From a bacterium (GTDB lineage: Bacteria > UBA8248), in assembly GCA_963692865.2 (NCBI GenBank), contig OY843592.1:448001-512000 (forward strand): 64,000 nucleotides of DNA, given 5' to 3'. The notes below the pieces were generated by a model. It was not told the origin of the DNA, ran no database searches, and worked only from the letters and a program-made list of their open reading frames with translations. Position numbers and translations under genes: made by a program. Below, piece by piece: positions 30,579 through 39,503 of the stretch (its first letter is position 1; each line of letters starts with the position of its first letter).

Positions 30579-30871
30579 CCTCACCACGAGTAGCCGCCGA
30601 AGGCGGCGTATCGAAGGGCGAGGGGAGTCGAACGCTTGGCGCCGGGGCGAGAGGGCATCCTTCGATACGGCGCTTACGCGCCTACTCAGGATGAGGAAGG
30701 CGGGGGACGGCGGAGCCTGTCCTGAGCCTGTCGAAGGGCCGCTACTCAGGATGAGGTGAGTCGAGAGGCCGCGGCACAGGGTGAGGCGGCCATCGGCTCG
30801 GGATGAGGGAGTTTTCGCCGAGCAAGGCGCAAAGGGGTAAATCCCCTCTTGAAGGGCTTTTTCAACGACCC
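30579..30871. repeat. Palindromic repeat cluster (CTCACC..GAGTAGCCGCCGAAGGCGGCGTATCGAAGG family) plus TTTTTCAAC end
   Basis: Near-identical modules at 39113-39223 and 52128-52330. Confidence 0.8.
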
Positions 30872-30957
30872 GATTCCGTCAACGGCTTGACATTTCCCGG
30901 CGCATTTATTACCTGTCTTTATCATTCTATTCGTTATTCTTATTACTGAGGACTTGT

Positions 30958-31983
30958 ATGAGACTCTTCACGCCGATTGCGCTCCTCTTGCTTTTACTGA
31001 CGGCGGGGTGCCTGGGCGGCGGCGGTTCCGCTCTGCCTCCGGTCCCGATACCCACGCTCACGCCCACGCCCCAACCGTTTCGTACGAAAACAAGCTTCGT
31101 CGACAACGTCCTCAGCGTCGACGTGCGCTACCACGACGGCCGCACCCGCACCCTCGACAGCGCCCGGCACCAGGACGGGTCGTGGGGGCTTTTTCTCCCC
31201 CCGCCCTTGCAGCCCGGCCATTCCAGCCGCGAATGGCTGCTCACGGAAAACCACTACGACGGCAAGATTCTGCTCTACGCCCTCGTCTCGTGGAACGACG
31301 CCGACCCTGCCGACTACCTCGCGGCCGGATGGTGGCTCGTCTATCCGCCCGGCGCGCCGTATACCGCCGGCAAATACGCCACGCGCGGCGTCTTTATCGA
31401 TGGCCCGGAACTCGACCCCGCCAACCCGCCGAACCTCCCCTTGACCGGCACGGCCACCTACGTCGGCGGCGCCGGCGGCCCGTACACGTACGAGTACGGC
31501 CGCGACTGGGGCGAGGAGTTGGCCGGTTCTTCCGATACCACTGAATTCACGGGGATTATCGCGTTGACCGCCGACTTCGGCAAAAGAAGCATCACCGGAT
31601 GCCTGGGGTGTGTCGAGCCGATCGAGACCGCGCCCGGTCAACACCTCTATCCGCTCTTGACCTGGCGGACTCCCGATCCCGCGGCGTCGCCGGCCGACTA
31701 CGACCTGCGCTTTTCCGCATCCTTTGACGCCGCCGGCGCATTCGAGAGCAGCGATATCACCGTCACGCATCCCGAACGCACAATCACGAACGCCGCCGGG
31801 ACGTGGCGCGGCCAGTTCTCGAACGCGCCGGACGCCGACGGCAACCCCCGCCGCGTGGTCGGATCGAGCGATGTCCACTTCGCCGAAGAAGACGGCTCGG
31901 TCGGACGGTTTACGGGCATCTTCGATGCGCTTACACCCGCCACGATCGAGCCCGATAACGGCAAAGGGGGCAACGCGAACTAG
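30958..31983 (+). CDS. Surface lipoprotein, possibly transferrin-binding-protein-like beta barrel
   Basis: Lipobox LTAGC, Gly/Pro-Thr linker, LPLTGTATYVG and ALTADFG motifs typical of TbpB-like barrels. Confidence 0.65.
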   Translation: MRLFTPIALLLLLLTAGCLGGGGSALPPVPIPTLTPTPQPFRTKTSFVDNVLSVDVRYHDGRTRTLDSARHQDGSWGLFLPPPLQPGHSSREWLLTENHYDGKILLYALVSWNDADPADYLAAGWWLVYPPGAPYTAGKYATRGVFIDGPELDPANPPNLPLTGTATYVGGAGGPYTYEYGRDWGEELAGSSDTTEFTGIIALTADFGKRSITGCLGCVEPIETAPGQHLYPLLTWRTPDPAASPADYDLRFSASFDAAGAFESSDITVTHPERTITNAAGTWRGQFSNAPDADGNPRRVVGSSDVHFAEEDGSVGRFTGIFDALTPATIEPDNGKGGNAN

Positions 31984-32091
31984 AACACGCTCCTGCAGAC
32001 AAAACACTCCTCTTTGCCGCCTGAATTTCTCCCGCGCGCCATCCACGCACACATCCTTTTTTCGAACTGTTCCGTCAATTCCTCCCGCATC

Positions 32092-32300
32092 CGGATTGTT
32101 GAAAAACCCCGTGGAGCGATTTTGTTTGCGTACGCTTTTTGAAGTTCACTCCCCCCTTGAGGGGGAGTCATAGAGGCCGAGTCCTCTGGACGAAGGCCGA
32201 TATGGTGGGGGGATGGTTTCAACAAAGTCAAAAGCTCCCCCCACCGATTCGGTTTCGGGTTTTCACCCTCACCTCATCGACTCCCCCTCAAGGGGGAGTG
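32092..32300 (+). repeat. MITE-like element: GGATTGTTGAAAAA end plus CTCCCCCTTGAGGGGGAG inverted pair
   Basis: Homologous, inverted copy at 57920-58158. Confidence 0.75.
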
Positions 32301-32395
32301 GTTCCCCTCTATCTCGTTTGTCGGCAACGCTGTTCAAGGGCGAAATTCGCAACTGCAAAGGCGGGGGGAATGCGGGTCGGCGCCGCGCCCGGCCA

Positions 32396-33397
32396 TCAGC
32401 CTTCCGGCGGTTCGTGGCCGAGATGCCGGTTCGCCGCCGTGAGAGTTTCGATCGCCCCGCGGGCGATCCGCTCGACGAGCTCGCCCGCGCCCGGGCGGTC
32501 GGCGATCAGGTCCAGCCCCTCGCCGGCGAAGGTGACCGCCATCTCCGTGTCCCCCTCGCGCTGGGCCGCGAAGAAGCGCTCGCGCATCGAGGGGTTCCGG
32601 GCGCGGAGTTCCTCGTCGCGGCCATGCCAGGCGTCGGCGAAGGCGTTGCGGATGGCGCGCCCGGTGTAGGGTTCCGGCCAGGCGATGCCCCGGGCCGTGT
32701 CGAAGGCCTTGGTGCGCAGCGTGTGGTCGCCGCCGGTTCGCTCGATCAGCGCTTTCTGTTTCGGATGGCCGAGCGCCTCCCGCGTGGCCGCAAAACGGGT
32801 GCCGATCAGAACGGCCTCCGCGCCCAGCATCAGGGCGGCGGCCAAGCCGCGCCCGTCCCCGATGCCGCCTGCGGCGGCGACCGGAATCGGCGCCACCGCG
32901 TCTGCGACCGCCGGGACGAGCGGCAGCGTGGAGCGCTCCGCCCCGTGGCCCCCGGCCTCCGTGCCCTGGGCGACGATGATTTGGGCGCCCATCGCCGCCG
33001 CCTCCCGGGCGTCTTTCAGCGTCTGGACCTGGCAGATAAGCGCCGCGCCCGCTTCCCGTATCTTCGCGGCGTAAGGTTCGATATCGCCGAAGGAGAGCAT
33101 GACGGCCCTCGGACGGCATTCGAGCGCTGCGTCGAGCGCGCCGGGCCGCTTATCCAGCGCCCAGGTGATGAAGCCGATCCCGACCGGGTGTTCGCCCGCC
33201 TTGTCGAACTCCGCCCGAATCCACGCATCCGATCCGTAGCCGAAGGCGGGGTCGGCGTAGCCTGCGCCGATGAGGCCCAGCCCGCCGGCGGCGGAGACTT
33301 CGCGGGCCAGCGCGCCGCCCGCCACGCCGCCCATCGGGGCGAGCAGGATCGGGTGGTCGATGTTCAGGAGACGGGTGATCGCGGTGGAGAGTTTCAT
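32396..33397 (-). CDS. Nitronate monooxygenase family flavoprotein
   Basis: PILLAPMGG, AQGTEAGGHG, AAGGIGDGRG, GTRFAAT. Confidence 0.92.
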   Translation of the reverse strand: MKLSTAITRLLNIDHPILLAPMGGVAGGALAREVSAAGGLGLIGAGYADPAFGYGSDAWIRAEFDKAGEHPVGIGFITWALDKRPGALDAALECRPRAVMLSFGDIEPYAAKIREAGAALICQVQTLKDAREAAAMGAQIIVAQGTEAGGHGAERSTLPLVPAVADAVAPIPVAAAGGIGDGRGLAAALMLGAEAVLIGTRFAATREALGHPKQKALIERTGGDHTLRTKAFDTARGIAWPEPYTGRAIRNAFADAWHGRDEELRARNPSMRERFFAAQREGDTEMAVTFAGEGLDLIADRPGAGELVERIARGAIETLTAANRHLGHEPPEG

Positions 33398-33404
33398 GCC
33401 CGAG

Positions 33405-33433
33405 AGCATGGCGGCGAAGCCCGGGGTTGTCAA
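33405..33433 (-). promoter_or_regulatory. sigma70 promoter, probably leaderless, of the nitronate monooxygenase gene
   Basis: TTGACA-17-CATGCT, then 7 nt, then ATG. Confidence 0.6.
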
Positions 33434-33585
33434 ACGCAGCGCCCGGCCTGAAGAGCGCCTCCCGCCCCGGTTCACGCTCCTCCGGGCGCATGTCATAATG
33501 ACGAACAACCCGTTCCGGTGGGCGCGAAGGGCGTCACCATCGTGGTGAAGCGCGCGCGCCGGCCGATGGCTGAAAGGAGTCCGAG

Positions 33586-34530
33586 ATGAGCGCTTCTGCG
33601 AAGAATGGTTGGAAACCTCTGGACTGGGCGGATTTTCCGGAGGGCTTCACTCCCTTCTTCCTCGACCCGACGGGGGTGCGGCTCGATGCGAAGGAACTCT
33701 CCCCGGGGGTGTATGCGCTTCTTTCCTCCGTCCCCAACGTGGACAACGCCGGTTTCGTCGTGGGCGACAGGGACGTCCTCGTCGTCGACGCCCACATCAA
33801 CCCGGCCATGGCGCGCCAGATTCAGGAGCGGGTGCGCGAGGTGACCGACAAGCCCATGTGCTACCTCGTCAACTCCAACTACCACGGAGACCACACCTTC
33901 GGGAACTGCGCGTTCCCGGCGGAGACGCTGATCATCCAGCACCGCATGACGGCGGCGCTCGTCCCCTATCACGAGGAAGAGAGGCGCTTCATGCTGCCCT
34001 GCGTGGGGAACGACCCGAAGATTCTGGAGGAGGTGGAACTGCGCCACGCCGACGTCGTCTTCGACGACTTCCTGCAAATCGACCTGGGGGGGAAGGTGGT
34101 GGAGCTGCGCTATTTCGGCCCGGCGAACACCCCCGGCGACACCATCACCTACGTCCCGGAGGCGAAGGTCGCCTGGACGGGCAACATGACGGGCGGGAAC
34201 CTCATCGTCCCCCTGGAGAGCGACGCGCCGACCTACATGAACTCGATCGCGCGCCTCGCCCAGGCGCTCGAGGTCGAAACGCTCGTTCCCGCCCACAACC
34301 CCATGTCGGGGCCGGAACTCCTGGGCGGGTACATGCAGTACCTGAGCGACGTGACCCAGGCCGTGCGGGGGGCGCACAGCGCCGGATGGACGCTCGCCGA
34401 GGCGATGGAGCGAATCACGCTCGACCTCGACAGGCCCTACGCCCCGCCCGCGGATCACCCGCGGTTCGACTTCTTCGGGGATCTTCACAGCTACGCCGTG
34501 ATGAAAACCTACCAGTCCCTCGCGGGGTGA
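33586..34530 (+). CDS. Metallo-beta-lactamase-fold hydrolase (cyclase-like) with atypical metal ligands
   Basis: NAGFVVG, NSNYHGDHTFGN, ANTPGD, WTGN, VPAH. Confidence 0.85.
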   Translation: MSASAKNGWKPLDWADFPEGFTPFFLDPTGVRLDAKELSPGVYALLSSVPNVDNAGFVVGDRDVLVVDAHINPAMARQIQERVREVTDKPMCYLVNSNYHGDHTFGNCAFPAETLIIQHRMTAALVPYHEEERRFMLPCVGNDPKILEEVELRHADVVFDDFLQIDLGGKVVELRYFGPANTPGDTITYVPEAKVAWTGNMTGGNLIVPLESDAPTYMNSIARLAQALEVETLVPAHNPMSGPELLGGYMQYLSDVTQAVRGAHSAGWTLAEAMERITLDLDRPYAPPADHPRFDFFGDLHSYAVMKTYQSLAG

Positions 34531-34680
34531 CGAGGCCGGAGCATGTTCGCGCAACGCCGGCCGCGTTCCAGGGATATTGAAAAATCCTTGATTCCGTGAT
34601 TTGGTGCATGGAACCAACCGGGGAAGAGAGGCCTTAAGGACAGGACGCGACCTATCCTTGCGTGGCGATGCGGTTTTTTC

Positions 34681-34822
34681 GTCATTCCGGCGAAAGCCGG
34701 AATCCATTTGTTTTGCCTTTGTTTTTTCTTTTCTGACTGGTTCCAAACAATGACGGGGATATGAAAAGCCGGAGTATTGTTATTCCGCTTGAAAATGGAT
34801 TCCGGCTTTCGCCGGAATGACG
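34681..34822. repeat. GTCATTCCGGCGAAAGCCGGAATCCA inverted pair
   Basis: Perfect inverted arms; the left arm plus tail is identical at 39459-39503. Confidence 0.85.
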
Positions 34823-34957
34823 GCGGTGGCCAATTTCGAGCGAGGAGGGGGTTAACAACCCCATCGCGGGAGCGTTTGCGGAACCCGGATCATGGATTTT
34901 GACATAGTAAACGGCTACGAAAAATACGGGCGTTCACCAAGCCTGCCCTTATGAAAA

Positions 34958-35049
34958 TGGCGGAGAGGGAGGGATTCGAACCCCCGGTGCAGTCGCCTGC
35001 ACAACAGATTTCGAGTCTGCCGCCTTAAACCGGACTCGGCCACCTCTCC
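34958..35049 (-). tRNA. tRNA-Ser(CGA)
   Basis: GGAGAGGTGGCCGAGT...GCAGA-CT-CGA-AA-TCTGT, long variable arm, GGTTCGAATCC, encoded CCA. Confidence 0.95.
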
Positions 35050-35064
35050 GTAAGAATCGTCTCT

Positions 35065-35565
35065 TCAGCGCGCGGCCTGTCTCGCCTCGCGGGCGATGCG
35101 GCGCCGCTCCTCGAAAAAGGCGCGCAGCATCGCGGCGCTCTCCTCGGCCAATACGCCCGAGGTTATCGGCACGCGGTGGTTCACGCGCGGGTCCGAGGGA
35201 ATGTCGAACAAAGAGCCGCATGCCCCGCCCTTGGGGTCTGTGGCGCCGAATACGAGCCGCGCGATCCGCGAGTTGACGACCGCGCCCGCGCACATCGGGC
35301 ACGGCTCGAGCGTAACGTAGAGGGTCGCACCGTCGAGCCGCCAGATGCCGTCGGTCTCGGCGGCCTCTCTCAGCGCCAGCACTTCCGCGTGCGCGGTGGG
35401 GTCGCAGGCGGCCTCGCGCCTGTTGAATCCCCGGCCCAGCACCCGGCCCTCGCGCACCACCAGCGCGCCCACGGGCACGTCGCCCGCTTCTTCGGCCATC
35501 CTGGCCAACGCAAGCGCCTCCGCCATCCAGCGCTCGTCTTCTCTCATCTGATCGGTTGAATACAC
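35065..35565 (-). CDS. tadA: tRNA adenosine(34) deaminase
   Basis: VPVGA, DPTAHAE, LYVTLEPCPMCAGA. Confidence 0.95.
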   Translation of the reverse strand: MYSTDQMREDERWMAEALALARMAEEAGDVPVGALVVREGRVLGRGFNRREAACDPTAHAEVLALREAAETDGIWRLDGATLYVTLEPCPMCAGAVVNSRIARLVFGATDPKGGACGSLFDIPSDPRVNHRVPITSGVLAEESAAMLRAFFEERRRIAREARQAAR

Positions 35566-35729
35566 TTCTCTTTCTCCATCCGGTTTTTCTCGCGGCCCCT
35601 AAAAGACCACGAATCGAAACCGCTGGCAAGCGGGGGAGCGTTTCCCGCGCATGGGGCGCGGCTCTTGCCCGATGCGGAAAAACCTGAGAATCTTGGAGCC
35701 TTACTCTCACTACATTGAAGGATGCCCCT

Positions 35730-36485
35730 ATGCTTTGGGAAGAACTCAGTTGGCCGCAGCACAAGGAAATGGCCCAAAACGGGGCCGTGGTCGTCATCCC
35801 CTTCGCCTCGATGGAACAGCACGGGCCGCACAGCCCCGTCGTTGTGGACACCCTGCTTTGTGAAAGCGTCTGCCGTAAGGCGGTGGAAGGCCTGGACAAC
35901 GTGCTGCTGACCCGCACGGTATGGACGGGCACGTCGCACCACCATTTCGAGTACCCGGGAACCATTTCGCTCAGGCTCGAAACCTACGTCGCCCTCATAA
36001 AGGACATCATCCGCTCCGTCGCCCATCACGGCTACAAGAAGGTATTCGTCGTGAACGGCCACGGCGGCAACGTGCAGCCCCTCCAGGCCACGCTGAACGA
36101 CATCGGCTACGACATCGAGCTCACCGTCTGGATGATCACCTACTTCCATCTGGGAAACGAAATCTCGGCGGAGATCAGAAAATCACCCGTCGGCGGCATG
36201 GCCCACAGCGGGGAGTTCGAAACCGCCATGATGCTCCACCTGCGCCCCGACCTGGTGAACATGGACGAGGCGGTGGATCAAATCAACGCGAACCCGCACC
36301 CCCTGGCGACGAAGGACATGCACCACCGCGGTATGCTCTTCCGCCCCGTGGACTTCAACCGGCACCGCGCCCCCTCGGGCGTAGCGGGAAGCCCAAGCGC
36401 GGCGACGGCGGAAAACGGGGCGCAATACTTCGAAGCCGTATCCGCGCGCCTGCGCGGGCTGATTGAAGAACTGGCTGCGCTTTAG
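35730..36485 (+). CDS. Creatininase family amidohydrolase
   Basis: EQHGPH...D, YPGTISL, NGHGGN, HSGEFET. Confidence 0.92.
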   Translation: MLWEELSWPQHKEMAQNGAVVVIPFASMEQHGPHSPVVVDTLLCESVCRKAVEGLDNVLLTRTVWTGTSHHHFEYPGTISLRLETYVALIKDIIRSVAHHGYKKVFVVNGHGGNVQPLQATLNDIGYDIELTVWMITYFHLGNEISAEIRKSPVGGMAHSGEFETAMMLHLRPDLVNMDEAVDQINANPHPLATKDMHHRGMLFRPVDFNRHRAPSGVAGSPSAATAENGAQYFEAVSARLRGLIEELAAL

Positions 36486-36487
36486 GC

Positions 36488-37369
36488 ATGGTCCGGATCG
36501 CAGGCGAGTCCTCCCGCACGGCGAGATATCTGAACCTGAGCCGCGCGGGGGCGGACGATCCCGTCATCATCTGCTATGAGGCCACAGGAGACGGCACGCC
36601 GGTCCTCTGCGTGCCGGGTCTTGGCGATACGGCCTGGGTCTGGCGCAAGATCGTCCCCACCCTCGCGAGCATGCACCGGGTCATCACTATGGAGCCGAGA
36701 GGGCACGGGCGCTCCTCGAGTCCTTCGGGGAAATACACGCTCGCCGAGATGGCGGGCGACGTAGGCGATGTCGCCGCGCGCCTGGGACTGAACCGGCCCG
36801 TCCTCATCGGGCACGGCCTGGGCGCGAGAGCGGCGCTTCTACTCGCCATCGAGCGGCCCCGCCTGCCCGGCGCGCTCGTTCTCATCTCGACGGGCGCCGC
36901 GCCCGCCGCCAAGCGCGTGCGCAGAGGGGTGGCCGAGCGCATCCACCTGGCCGAAGCGGGAGAGGTGCAGGAGGCCTACCGGAACAGGAAAAGCGAGGGC
37001 AGGGAACCCAGAGGCATGACCCCCAGGGAGCGCGCCGAGCACCACCGCCTTTTCCTTCGGGGCGACGCTTCGGGATACGCCTCGGCAGGATACGCGGAGC
37101 TTCTCGCGCCCGACCTCACTGAGCGTCTCGGCGAAGTCGCCTGCGCAGCACTTGCGCTCACGGGCGAGGAAGACCCCGAATACCACGAGGACGCGCAGAC
37201 CCTCTCGGCGGGGATTCGAGATTGTGAGTCTTTTCTCATCGAGGGGGCGGGCCGCTACGCGCAACTGGACAGGCCCGAGGCGGTGCTCGCCCTCATCCAT
37301 GATTTTTTCAGAAAACACCACCTTTCAGTCGCCAAATCAATGGAGGCAACCCATGAGCCGATTGATTGA
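36488..37369 (+). CDS. Alpha/beta-hydrolase-fold protein lacking the canonical Ser and His
   Basis: PRGHGRS and TGEED present, but the elbow reads GHGLG and the His position reads GAGRY. Confidence 0.8.
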   Translation: MVRIAGESSRTARYLNLSRAGADDPVIICYEATGDGTPVLCVPGLGDTAWVWRKIVPTLASMHRVITMEPRGHGRSSSPSGKYTLAEMAGDVGDVAARLGLNRPVLIGHGLGARAALLLAIERPRLPGALVLISTGAAPAAKRVRRGVAERIHLAEAGEVQEAYRNRKSEGREPRGMTPRERAEHHRLFLRGDASGYASAGYAELLAPDLTERLGEVACAALALTGEEDPEYHEDAQTLSAGIRDCESFLIEGAGRYAQLDRPEAVLALIHDFFRKHHLSVAKSMEATHEPID

Positions 37370-38033
37370 TCTTACAGCCCCCCTGGGACATCCCGACCTT
37401 TGCGAGGTGCCGACGTTTCCCCCGGTGGAATACTGGCAGTTTCACGAACATCCCACGCACGGCCGGCAGAACAGCGCGGTCCGGATGGCGATCCACCAGG
37501 GAACGCACCTGGACGCGCCCAGCCATTTCTTTCCCGACGGCGCCAACATCGACGAGATGCCGCTCGAAACCTTCTGCGGCCGCGCCGTGAAGATCGACTT
37601 GAGGGATACCGCGCAGGAGGCGGGCCCCATCACCCGGGAGATGATCGAGGCAAGCCCCGGCTTCGAGCCCGGGCGCCTGGAGGGCGCCATCGCCGTCACG
37701 TGGACGGGCTGGGCGAAGGAGAAGCTCTTCACGCCCGATTACTTCGCCACCAACCCTTACCTGGATACGGAGGCGTGCAACTTCCTGTGCGATTGCGGCA
37801 TGAAGGCCCTTTGCATGGACCACGGGATCGACCCGGGCATGACGGCCGACTTCGTCGCCCACCACGGGGACTCCCCCGGCCACCGGGCGGTGCTGGGGCG
37901 GGGCGTTCCGCTCATCGAGCACGTCATCAACCTGGAAACCTTCGAGGAGACGGAATTCGAGATGTTCGCATTTCCCGTGAAACTCTACAGAATCGAGGGC
38001 GCGCCCGCGCGGGTGGTCGCGCGGCTCGCTTGA
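37353..38033 (+). CDS. Cyclase (kynurenine formamidase-like) family protein
   Basis: HQGTHLDAPSHF, GAPARVVA. Confidence 0.92.
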   Translation: MSRLIDLTAPLGHPDLCEVPTFPPVEYWQFHEHPTHGRQNSAVRMAIHQGTHLDAPSHFFPDGANIDEMPLETFCGRAVKIDLRDTAQEAGPITREMIEASPGFEPGRLEGAIAVTWTGWAKEKLFTPDYFATNPYLDTEACNFLCDCGMKALCMDHGIDPGMTADFVAHHGDSPGHRAVLGRGVPLIEHVINLETFEETEFEMFAFPVKLYRIEGAPARVVARLA

Positions 38034-38051
38034 ATTAAAAGGAGCGCAACA

Positions 38052-38444
38052 TTGCCGTTTTACCGAATATCCGAGATGGAAACGAAGCACATCGACATGG
38101 GCAAGGCGCAGACACAGAGCGTCGCCGGGGAACTCATGAAGGCGGGGATGATCACCTACCCCGCAGACGGCGGCCCGCCGCCGCACTATCACCCCAACGA
38201 GGAGCAGTTCCTTCTGGTGATGGAGGGAAAGGCGAACGTGATTCTGGGCGATGAGACCCGCGTCGTCGGCCCCGGCGACCTGGTGCACATCCGCCGCAAC
38301 GAGCGCCACGGCCTCCGCATCACCGAGGGACCTTTCGCCTTTTTCACCGTAAAAAGCCCCGCCGGCGACGGCGATCTGTATCAGGACTACAACAAGGCCG
38401 AAGACGCCGACGAGGCGCGGGAGAAACTGGAATCCACATTATAG
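38052..38444 (+). CDS. Cupin domain protein, copy 1
   Basis: PHYHPNEEQ...RHG; TTG start with AAGGAG RBS. Confidence 0.88.
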   Translation: MPFYRISEMETKHIDMGKAQTQSVAGELMKAGMITYPADGGPPPHYHPNEEQFLLVMEGKANVILGDETRVVGPGDLVHIRRNERHGLRITEGPFAFFTVKSPAGDGDLYQDYNKAEDADEAREKLESTL

Positions 38445-38473
38445 GACCACTTCCAAGACCAAGGAGATTTTGC

Positions 38474-38860
38474 ATGCCGTTTTACAGAATGGAAGACCTC
38501 CCCCAGGGCTCCTCGAAAGTAGGCCCCGCCGTGAGCCACGCGACGGCGGGCGAACTGATGAAGGTGGGCTGGGTGATTTATCCCCAGGGAGACGGACCGC
38601 CGCCGCACTTTCATCCCAACGAGGAGCAGTACATCCTGATGCTCGAAGGGAAGATGAACATGATCTGTGGCGAGGAGGTGCGCGAGATCGGCCCCGGCGA
38701 GCTGGTGCACATCCCGAGAAACACGCGCCACGGCATCCACATTACAGAAGGCCCCGCGAAGTTCTTCGCCGTCAAGAGCCCGGCGGGCGACGGCACGCTG
38801 GATCAGGACTACAACAAGGCGGCAGATGCGGACGAGGTGACCGAGCGACTCAAGAACTAG
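38474..38860 (+). CDS. Cupin domain protein, copy 2 (paralog)
   Basis: PHFHPNEEQ...RHG; colinear with copy 1. Confidence 0.88.
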   Translation: MPFYRMEDLPQGSSKVGPAVSHATAGELMKVGWVIYPQGDGPPPHFHPNEEQYILMLEGKMNMICGEEVREIGPGELVHIPRNTRHGIHITEGPAKFFAVKSPAGDGTLDQDYNKAADADEVTERLKN

Positions 38861-38874
38861 CAGGCTGAACGAGA

Positions 38875-38905
38875 AAAGCCGGTGGACCATTCCACTGGCT
38901 TTTTG
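38875..38905 (+). terminator. Intrinsic terminator after the cupin pair
   Basis: AAAAGCCGGTGGA-ccat-TCCACTGGCTTTTT. Confidence 0.75.
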
Positions 38906-38971
38906 GGGGAATGATACACATGACTCGAAAGAGAGGTTCCGTGCTCTGGATTTGAAAGGGAACGATGTAAT

Positions 38972-39503
38972 CATTCCCCCCTTGAGGGGGTTGAAAAAGT
39001 CCGATGCGGCGCAATCCCCCTCCCCGTCCTGCGCAGCCTGCCGCTCCGCCTCACCCTGAGAAGCGGCCCCCTCGACTTCGCTCGGGGCAAGCTCCGCTGT
39101 CCCCCCATCTTCCTCACCCCGAGTAGCCGCCGAAGGCGGCGTATCGAAGGGCGAATTTCGCGCCCGCCAGCGAGATGCCCTCCCATCCTTCGATACGGCG
39201 CATACGCGCCTACTCAGGATGAGGGTTCGGGGCGCTGGGATGAGGGCGTCAAGCGTTCTGCGAAGCCCGATACCGCGCGGTGGGTCAATCCCGACGGCGA
39301 CCCCTGCACATCCCCATCGAATGGCGACCGTAGGGGCGGACCTGCGTGTCCGCCCTGTTTTACCGTTGCGTTGTCGTTACGAGATGGATACCCGAAGGCG
39401 GGCGGACACGCAGGTCCGCCCCTACGGGAAACATTCCTTTGGAGAGACCGCAACGCCCGTCATTCCGGCGAAAGCCGGAATCCATTTGTTTTGCCTTTGT
39501 TTT
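38972..39503. repeat. Mosaic of several palindromic repeat families, including a GTAG-type REP doublet at 39329-39426
   Basis: CGTAGGGGCGGACCTGCGTGTCCGCCC...GGGCGGACACGCAGGTCCGCCCCTACG plus the other recurring modules. Confidence 0.8.

Noticed and set aside
34560-34958. Integrative element at the tRNA-Ser 3' end
   Set aside because: No integrase and no duplicated tRNA 3' end seen in the window; only short repeats.
38972-39503. CRISPR array
   Set aside because: Repeats are inverted palindromes of several families without regular direct repeat-spacer periodicity; no cas genes.
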